DNA from: Crocinitomicaceae bacterium
GTDB taxonomy: Bacteria > Bacteroidota > Bacteroidia > Flavobacteriales_D > Sanyastnellaceae
Assembly: GCA_040382375.1 (NCBI GenBank)
Contig: JBEIFO010000001.1
Span: 1 to 38,472 of the forward strand
Length of the DNA stretch: 38,472 nucleotides
Reading direction: 5' to 3'
Of the stretch, positions 16,218 to 22,556 are shown one piece after another. The translations under genes and the position numbers were made by a program. Under the pieces are notes generated by a model. The model made no database searches and was not told the DNA's origin. It saw only the letters and a program-made list of their open reading frames with translations. Position 1 is the first letter of the stretch; the number at the start of each line of letters is the position of its first letter.

Positions 16218-17156
16218 TTATGAGCCAAACTGTCTTCCTTTCGTAAGGAAGTATGGCAATAGAATGAACATTTGAAACAAGAGAATCACAATAATACTTG
16301 AAGCTCCAAGGTGCTTCTTCGCTAAATCTATCGGGTGATTTATAAGCGTATTTTGCATGAATGACTTCTGAGGTACTGAAAGCTGGCAAGTGTTCACCGT
16401 TCTCGATTTAAGTTCGTTGTTGAGTGCTTCGTTATCTGCTGTAATCTTTAAGTTAAGTTGTTCCAATGTATTGGTTATTTCCATTCTGTTCCAATTGGAA
16501 ATATTCTGCTTTGCTTTTTCGAAGTATGCAACTTTATCATCACCTATAAGTTCTATAGGTTTCAGTGCAAACTCTTCGTTCAAATAGGCAGTTCTTTTCT
16601 GAAGTGCTTGTGCTAGGTTAGGTTGGCTCTTTAAATTATTTATACAGCCCTCGTCGCAATTGAAAGGCGCGGCGTTTAAAGTAGCAGTCACACTTGCGTT
16701 TGCACCTCCCTTGAGCGCATTGATGTTTGTAATAAACTGAGACTCCAGAGTAGAGGTGAAAGTTTGATATTGGGTTTCGTAATCCGTGTATATTTCTTCC
16801 AATCCTTTTACTTTATTCAATCCAATTTTTTTAATTTCTTCTTTTTCAAAAAATTCAACATTCACAAAGTGAAGGACAAAAACAGATAGGGTCAAGTTAA
16901 TGAAGGCGTATAATCCAAACATGGCATAGAAGCTTGTTGGGTAGCCCTTCCTTTTTCTGTTTTCTTTTTCCCAACAAAATTTAATAATTAAATAATAGAT
17001 GGCAACAACGAAAATGACGCTAATGAGCCCTGCGATTAATATGTTACCGCTGAACATATAAAGTCCACCAATAAAACTAAAAAGTAAAGTAAGAATAAGT
17101 CCAAAGGCTTGAACGAGTTGAATGTAGAGCTTAAAGTTATTTTGTCTAGCTTTCAT
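16218..17156 (-). CDS. polytopic membrane protein with a central coiled-coil/soluble loop, unknown function
   Basis: 312-aa ORF. N-terminal helices are FGLILTLLFSFIGGLYMF, ILIAGLISVIFVVAIYYLII and FYAMFGLYAFINLTLSVFVLHFV. A ~170-aa polar region follows, then a C-terminal helix SSIIVILLFQMFILLPYFL. Confidence 0.55.
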   Translation of the reverse strand: MKARQNNFKLYIQLVQAFGLILTLLFSFIGGLYMFSGNILIAGLISVIFVVAIYYLIIKFCWEKENRKRKGYPTSFYAMFGLYAFINLTLSVFVLHFVNVEFFEKEEIKKIGLNKVKGLEEIYTDYETQYQTFTSTLESQFITNINALKGGANASVTATLNAAPFNCDEGCINNLKSQPNLAQALQKRTAYLNEEFALKPIELIGDDKVAYFEKAKQNISNWNRMEITNTLEQLNLKITADNEALNNELKSRTVNTCQLSVPQKSFMQNTLINHPIDLAKKHLGASSIIVILLFQMFILLPYFLTKGRQFGS

Positions 17157-17196
17157 GAGGTAAGGAGTTGTTTAAAAATGTCATTTTAGGTAGCCA

Positions 17197-17204
17197 CAAA
17201 TATA
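17197..17204 (-). promoter_or_regulatory. candidate Bacteroidota -7 box (TATATTTG) in the 62-nt gap upstream of the 16218-17156 gene
   Basis: The plus strand reads caaatata, so the minus strand reads TATATTTG, which matches TAnnTTTG. It lies ~41 nt upstream of the ATG at 17156. No convincing -33 TTTG sits at proper spacing, and the motif is expected by chance many times in AT-rich DNA. Confidence 0.25.
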
Positions 17205-17218
17205 ACCATTTTTCAATT

Positions 17219-19408
17219 TTAATTTCTGATTTTATATAGCGCCTGATTAATTTGAATAAGTGGTGGACAATTGGCTTCAGACATAGGTTTTGCTGTTTCG
17301 TGAAGAATCTTTAAAACTTCAGCATTGGTTATGTTTGGCTTAACAGATTTAAGCAATGCAATGCACCCCGTTACAATAGGTGCTGCCATACTAGTGCCGT
17401 CCATAAATTCATAATTATTTCCTGGTACTGTGCTGAAAATCTTCTCTCCAGGCGCTGAAATGTAATTTACCGAAGTGCTATTCGCCTCAGAGAAATTGCT
17501 AAAAGAGGCTTTTCTTAGATTTTCATTGACCGCAACAACTTTTAATACTTGTTCTGAGCGCTGCATAGGATCTAGTCCAATTAATAGGTTCTCGTTGCCA
17601 CCCGCCAAAACAATAAGTGTATTGTTCTTTTCAGCCATATTGAAAAGCTCTTTCCAAAAGGCTTCTTCATCTTTTTCATCATTGGCTTTTATCTGTTTTT
17701 GGTCGTCTAGACTTAAGCGCTTTGCAGCTTCACCGTAGTATTTCCCGAGTGACATGTTAATGACATCAGCTTTTTTGTTTAAAGCGTACAGCACCGCATC
17801 TACAATATCGGTCGTTGTAAAAAACTCGCCGTCTCCGCCAATTTGAACAGGCATAAAGCTGCAATTTGGAGCAATTCCCGCGCCTCCAATTCCATTGTTT
17901 GCGTTAGCAAGAGCAAGACCGGCCACGTGTGTTCCGTGAATAATCTCTCCACCCCCGGTTACCGATGTATTTCTTAGGGGAATATTGTATGGGAACAAAA
18001 TTCTTTTTCCCGAGAATTCTGAATGAGTTAAATCGAAGCCGTCATCTATAACCGCAATGCAAACGCTTGTGTCTCCCATGGTTACATCCCAAGCCTCAGG
18101 TGCATGAATAGCACGAAGAAACCAGTTTTTATCTGCCATGAATGTGCTAGGGTCATTTGTAGTTTTTCCGCTGTGAAATACACTTTCATCCCACATAAGT
18201 AAGTTGTAGGAACTGAGTTTTGTCCGGATCTCATTTTTTATCGTACTCGAAAGTTCTTCAGGATAACTCAGTTGAATACGCTGCGTTTGATCATCGAAAT
18301 AAACTATTTCATAGCTGTCGTCTGGAAATGATTGTTTCAACGAGATGGCCATTCTTTTGAACTCTTCCTTTTTATCAACCATTGCAATGTTCAGGAGCCC
18401 ACCAACGATTATTCTGCCTGATTCATCGTCTTCTCTGAATTGAGCAGTGTCAATGGGAATAGATCTGTGCCTTGGTTCATCGGGAGTAATCTCTTCAAAA
18501 TGTTCATTGACCTCTTCTTCATTTAATTCACTCACATTTATGCCATCTAGGCCGTTACATGTTTTAAATAGCAGGAGAGCAATCAGTAGTGCCAGAATTA
18601 GAAACAACCACCAAAATCGTTTAAAGAATCTTTCGAACCCGTCGAGCATACGGTAGAACAGCGGCTTTTCTTTTACTGGCAATACCTTCGGCGCAACCGG
18701 CGCAGGTGCTGCTTCTTCAATAGTTTCAACTGGCTCTTCGGGTACAGTGCTTTCTTCTTCTGCTGAGGCTATCGTGTATTCAGGTGTTGTTTCAGCTTCA
18801 GCCGAAGGCGTTGGTTCGTTTTCAACGTTCGCAGTGGATATTTCATTTTGAACTTCCGCCGGCTCAGTTGAATAGACTTCAGGCGTTTCGTGTTCAATCG
18901 CTGTGTTTTCATCGATTGCGCTCTCAACGGCACTTGCCGCAATGATGGAGGACTTGTACTCGTCGAAAGGAACGGTATAGTCAAGTTGCTTGTTTGTTTT
19001 AATTCCCCAAACGACTACAATTTGAGTTCCGTTAGAGAATAGGAAAAGGTGATTTGGATTGAAAGCACTTTGTAAGATGCTTGCCCAAAGTTGTTTGTCG
19101 AAATCTTCAGATTGCGCCAAATACAAACATTTGGTTTCTATTTCATGTTTTCGAGCATTGTAAATCTGAAGGAGTTTAGCTTGATTTTCTTTTGGAAGGT
19201 CTTCGATTTTTTGGAATTCACCATCAAGAGAAGTGAACCAATCCAATGAAGTTCCCTTCTTTTCTGGTTTTGCTAAAAGATGGTGATACTCCGGTGGGAA
19301 ATTTACTTTTATGAATTGTTGAATCTGATTGAATTGCTCATACATATAATTGATATGATTTGAGACCAATTCGAATTCATTTATCGACGAAGTGAAGAAC
19401 TTTTTCAT
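17219..19408 (-). CDS. membrane-anchored subtilisin-like serine protease (peptidase S8) with an N-terminal cytoplasmic domain
   Basis: 729-aa ORF. The S8 triad sits in canonical contexts: AVIDDGFD (Asp455, ~18044-18046), HGTHVAGLA (His491, ~17936-17938), GTSMAAPIVTG (Ser673, ~17390-17392), plus the oxyanion Asn in LAGGNEN. Upstream of the S8 domain are a ~150-aa N-domain, an acidic/Pro-rich linker, a TM (RFWWLFLILALLIALLLF) and a propeptide-like region. Confidence 0.8.
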   Translation of the reverse strand: MKKFFTSSINEFELVSNHINYMYEQFNQIQQFIKVNFPPEYHHLLAKPEKKGTSLDWFTSLDGEFQKIEDLPKENQAKLLQIYNARKHEIETKCLYLAQSEDFDKQLWASILQSAFNPNHLFLFSNGTQIVVVWGIKTNKQLDYTVPFDEYKSSIIAASAVESAIDENTAIEHETPEVYSTEPAEVQNEISTANVENEPTPSAEAETTPEYTIASAEEESTVPEEPVETIEEAAPAPVAPKVLPVKEKPLFYRMLDGFERFFKRFWWLFLILALLIALLLFKTCNGLDGINVSELNEEEVNEHFEEITPDEPRHRSIPIDTAQFREDDESGRIIVGGLLNIAMVDKKEEFKRMAISLKQSFPDDSYEIVYFDDQTQRIQLSYPEELSSTIKNEIRTKLSSYNLLMWDESVFHSGKTTNDPSTFMADKNWFLRAIHAPEAWDVTMGDTSVCIAVIDDGFDLTHSEFSGKRILFPYNIPLRNTSVTGGGEIIHGTHVAGLALANANNGIGGAGIAPNCSFMPVQIGGDGEFFTTTDIVDAVLYALNKKADVINMSLGKYYGEAAKRLSLDDQKQIKANDEKDEEAFWKELFNMAEKNNTLIVLAGGNENLLIGLDPMQRSEQVLKVVAVNENLRKASFSNFSEANSTSVNYISAPGEKIFSTVPGNNYEFMDGTSMAAPIVTGCIALLKSVKPNITNAEVLKILHETAKPMSEANCPPLIQINQALYKIRN

Positions 19409-19442
19409 GTTTGAAATCTTTACTGTTTGTATGTGATAATTT

Positions 19443-20198
19443 CTATTTTACGAAAGTTAGAATTTGGGTGGCTCTGTCGAATCTCAAAACGCCAATTTTT
19501 TCGGCTTTCCCACACCCTCCCAAATTTTTAATTCGATGTGGAAAGGAAATGACGTTGCCAACTTCTTCTCCGCCATCGTTTATAAATTGAAATTTATCTT
19601 TGCGCATGGTTCCCCCTTTGTAAGCTCTAATATCAAGTGACATCTTCCCGCTGTCTTTTCGAGTATACCACCACGCTTTGCAAAGTACTTCAATGACATC
19701 GTTTTCTTTGAAATGATTGACATCGATGTAAACCGATTCAACACCGGTTCCTTGGTTATCAAGACTCCAATATAACCCCTCAGCATCGCGATCTTTGCAA
19801 AAACCCAATTCATTCCCCTTCTCTGGAGAAATGATTCTGGTTCTTGTATCTAGATCCGTCCCTCCGCTTGCGTCGAATTGGTAAGTAATGATGATATAAT
19901 CGGCGGGTAGAAATATTTCATTAGAATCTAATGGAGGAGTAATTTCTTTTCTACAATTACAGCATTGATCCAAATCGCGACGAATGTTTACAATCAAAGA
20001 GTCGATGCTTTCTTTTTGTGAGCAATTGAAAACTGAATCAGCAGGCGACTTCTTTAGAATGAAAAACAAGAGCAATGAAATGAGTGCAGCCCAAACAAGG
20101 TAATTGAACCACCAGTATCGAAAGGAAAACCAGGAGTAGCTGCGAATGGATTTTCCCCACCATTTGTTTTTTATACTATGATTCTTTGTGGTTAGCAT
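19443..20198 (-). CDS. anchor-module paralogue 3: short basic N-terminus + TM + CCNC motif + unique C-terminal domain
   Basis: 251-aa ORF. The N-terminal ~90 aa (KWWGKSIRSYSWFSFRYWWFNYLVWAALISLLLFFILKK...DSLIVNIRRDLDQCCNCRKE) is nearly identical to the neighbouring 20202-20945 protein. The C-terminal ~160 aa is unrelated to it by eye. Confidence 0.6.
   Translation of the reverse strand: MLTTKNHSIKNKWWGKSIRSYSWFSFRYWWFNYLVWAALISLLLFFILKKSPADSVFNCSQKESIDSLIVNIRRDLDQCCNCRKEITPPLDSNEIFLPADYIIITYQFDASGGTDLDTRTRIISPEKGNELGFCKDRDAEGLYWSLDNQGTGVESVYIDVNHFKENDVIEVLCKAWWYTRKDSGKMSLDIRAYKGGTMRKDKFQFINDGGEEVGNVISFPHRIKNLGGCGKAEKIGVLRFDRATQILTFVK
19954..20170 (-). repeat. conserved 5' anchor-coding segment, copy A (direct repeat of 20701-20917)
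   Basis: About 217 nt align without gaps to 20701-20917, at roughly 85% identity by eye. The downstream (3') coding parts do not align. Confidence 0.7.
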
Positions 20199-20201
20199 GA
20201 A

Positions 20202-20945
20202 TTAATCGCAGGTTATTTTGCAAGATCCAAAGCTCCAAGGTCTCATGTCAGTTCTACTCCATTTGCGCACGGATTGTGGATAATTACGTTGTAATTCACC
20301 AGTGTAAGTGTCAGTATTACAGTGAGTATAATTAGGATTATCTTTTAGCAAGACATTATTAATGATCGCTGGGCCTTTGACATCAAGCACCACAGTTCCT
20401 TTGAAATTCTTCTCACTATAAATTACCAGTCGGGTATCCTTATCTATGGCAATTCCATCAAAGGATTTGTCAACAGCCTTTGGGAAGGCGGCTTCATTCG
20501 ATGGATACTCTCCGGAACCGACATATTCACTGAAATCATCGGTTACGTAAATTTTTGAAATTCCGACGGGGTCATATTCACCCCCCATGATTCCGCCGCT
20601 GAAATGTACCCGGCAGTTTTCAGATGGTCCTTTCGGACGAGTGTCTTCGACAGGTGGTGGTGTTGGTTCTTTTATCGGAGGGGGAGGTACTTCTTTGCTG
20701 CAATTACAGCACTGATCCAAATCGCGACGAATGCTTACAATCAGAGAATCGATACTCTCTTTTTGCGTGCAATTGAAAACTGATTCTGCAGGCGATTTTT
20801 TTAGAATAAAAAACAGAAGTAATGAGATGAGTATGGCCCAAACGAGGTAGTTAAACCACCAATATCGAAATGAAAACCAAGAGTTATTTCGAATGGTCTT
20901 TCCCCACCATTTTGACTTTATAATATTGTTTTTCTTTGTGGACAT
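20202..20945 (-). CDS. anchor-module paralogue 2: short basic N-terminus + TM + CCNC motif + unique C-terminal domain
   Basis: ATG at 20945; the track start at 20948 is a TTG one codon upstream. The anchor is KWWGKTIRNNSWFSFRYWWFNYLVWAILISLLLFFILKK...DQCCNCSKE, followed by a Pro-rich PPPPIKEPTPPPVEDTRP stretch and a ~140-aa beta-rich domain ending in SFGSCKITCD. Confidence 0.6.
   Translation of the reverse strand: MSTKKNNIIKSKWWGKTIRNNSWFSFRYWWFNYLVWAILISLLLFFILKKSPAESVFNCTQKESIDSLIVSIRRDLDQCCNCSKEVPPPPIKEPTPPPVEDTRPKGPSENCRVHFSGGIMGGEYDPVGISKIYVTDDFSEYVGSGEYPSNEAAFPKAVDKSFDGIAIDKDTRLVIYSEKNFKGTVVLDVKGPAIINNVLLKDNPNYTHCNTDTYTGELQRNYPQSVRKWSRTDMRPWSFGSCKITCD
20701..20917 (-). repeat. conserved 5' anchor-coding segment, copy B (direct repeat of 19954-20170)
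   Basis: See copy A. The two copies are 747 nt apart, head to tail, in adjacent genes. Confidence 0.7.
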
Positions 20946-20957
20946 CAATAAGTTAAT

Positions 20958-21659
20958 TTATTCGCAACAACGTGTGTAATTGAAATTAATGTTGAAGTTT
21001 TTTCCGGAATTCATTTGATAGGGTATGTTTTTAATTTTACAAGGGTCTGAAAGTTCTTTGCCCATTAGCAGGTAATTTCTTATTTCGATTGTACCGAGGT
21101 TGTCGTTGTGATTATTCTGGGTGTTTTTTAGTCTTATTTTATTCTTCCCGAACTTAATAATTCTTGGATCGAAATAATAAATATTCATGTTGCTAATCGG
21201 GCATATAAAATCAGATTGCTTAATTAAAATGCTATGATCATTGGTTGCTAAGAAAACGGAACCCACTTGTTGATTAGTGTTCAAGTCTAATTTGCCGATG
21301 TTCACTTCGTTTAAATACACGTCGAAATTGTCGTCTTTTGCAGCATTGGAATTGCACACTTGAAAGGCAAGTATTCGATCGGGACAATCAACTGCGATGG
21401 AATCTACTTTGTTTTTAGCGCAATTACAGCAATTTTCGAGTGCGATCTTAATCTGTTCAATAGAAGAATTAACCTCATCAACTTGCGGACAGTCAGCGCT
21501 TAGAGTGTCAGTTTTGAAGTAGAAAAACCCGAACAAGAAGAGAGCCGCTAGGAGGAGCATCCAATTGAACCACCAATAACGGAAACCGAAATAATTTCGT
21601 TCACGAATCGCGCGTACCCACCATTTTTTGAATATTCCTGACTTTCTAGTAATTGCCAT
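20958..21659 (-). CDS. anchor-module paralogue 1 (more diverged): short basic N-terminus + TM + CCNC motif + unique C-terminal domain
   Basis: 233-aa ORF. The anchor is KKWWVRAIRERNYFGFRYWWFNWMLLLAALFLFGFFYF...IKIALENCCNCAKNK. A ~150-aa beta-rich domain follows, ending in YTRCCE. Confidence 0.6.
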   Translation of the reverse strand: MAITRKSGIFKKWWVRAIRERNYFGFRYWWFNWMLLLAALFLFGFFYFKTDTLSADCPQVDEVNSSIEQIKIALENCCNCAKNKVDSIAVDCPDRILAFQVCNSNAAKDDNFDVYLNEVNIGKLDLNTNQQVGSVFLATNDHSILIKQSDFICPISNMNIYYFDPRIIKFGKNKIRLKNTQNNHNDNLGTIEIRNYLLMGKELSDPCKIKNIPYQMNSGKNFNINFNYTRCCE

Positions 21660-21682
21660 TGCAGTTAATATAAATTCAGAAA

Positions 21683-22555
21683 TTATTTCTTAACGTAAGT
21701 TGTGTCGCATCTTTCATGCACGCGATTTTGCAGGTCTAGTAACTCTTGTTTAGTTTTTTCTAAATCGTTACACATTGCACCGCAATCAGGTTTGTTGCAA
21801 GATTTGCAGAGCCAAATGATTAAAAGCGTGTAAATGATTAGCCAAAACAATCCCCAAAAGCGGTACGAAATCCATCTGAGAATTCGTTTAATTCTTTCCC
21901 AAAATCCAACGCGATGCTTTACTATAGCAGGATCGATTATTGGAACTACCGGAATGGGCTGCTCTTCTTTAATTGCACCGCTTGTCGGTTGCTCTGTGTA
22001 TTGAGTATTTTGAAAAGTCGGTTGCACCGGAGCAGGTATCACAGGTTCTTCTTGTCTAACCTCGGGCTCGCTTACGGGAACAGCTGGTTTAATTGAGGGT
22101 GGAAGAACAGGCAGTCTATTGTCATTCTGTGTTTTGAAATCCCAGCCCCATAACATTCCCCAGTCTCCGTTTTCATTACCGATAAGAATTATTTTGTCGT
22201 GCTGAAAAAGAGTGTCAAGTAAATTCCCCCATTCTTTGCTATCTATGTCTTTTTTAGCAGTAAGCGGGTATGAAATGGATTTGCACTTTTTTAGGAATTG
22301 GTCGAATTCTAATTTTAATTGCTGTGCCCTTTCTTCGGAAAGCTCATTTATTTTTGAGAACGAGCCGTTCATATTGCCATACCATGCAATTTCACCATTG
22401 GCATTGAGGACAGGCTTAAGCAACTTATCAAGTTCCTGAGGACTCAACTTACCCCTTAAGAACGAAATGATAATTTCATAGGTGTCATAGAGATAGCGAT
22501 CTCTAAATGAAATTGGGGTGTAGTTATTACTGTACGTAGAATATAATAAGTTCAT
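21683..22555 (-). CDS. bitopic membrane protein: N-domain homologous to that of the S8 protease + Pro-rich linker + TM + short Cys-rich tail
   Basis: The ATG at 22555 lies 1 nt after the upstream stop (TAAAATG); the track start at 22564 is a TTG. The N-domain aligns with residues ~40-145 of the 729-aa protease. The TM is WGLFWLIIYTLLIIWL, followed by CKSCNKPDCGAMCND...RCD. Confidence 0.6.
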   Translation of the reverse strand: MNLLYSTYSNNYTPISFRDRYLYDTYEIIISFLRGKLSPQELDKLLKPVLNANGEIAWYGNMNGSFSKINELSEERAQQLKLEFDQFLKKCKSISYPLTAKKDIDSKEWGNLLDTLFQHDKIILIGNENGDWGMLWGWDFKTQNDNRLPVLPPSIKPAVPVSEPEVRQEEPVIPAPVQPTFQNTQYTEQPTSGAIKEEQPIPVVPIIDPAIVKHRVGFWERIKRILRWISYRFWGLFWLIIYTLLIIWLCKSCNKPDCGAMCNDLEKTKQELLDLQNRVHERCDTTYVKK

Positions 22556-22556
22556 T

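Noticed and set aside
16218-16389. Programmed -1 frameshift fusing the 312-aa membrane protein to the GTPase (both frames are open for 172 nt)
   Set aside because: I wrote out the minus-strand sequence of the overlap and found no X XXY YYZ slippery heptamer and no obvious downstream stimulatory hairpin. An ATG at 16191 with a 26-nt spacer explains the arrangement more simply. It is kept only as a start-site ambiguity.
20202-20700. Beta-gamma-crystallin-like call for the C-domain of the 247-aa paralogue (YSEKNFKG fits YxxxxFxG)
   Set aside because: Only one Greek-key-like motif is visible and the second expected motif is not. That is too weak to name a fold without a structure or profile search.
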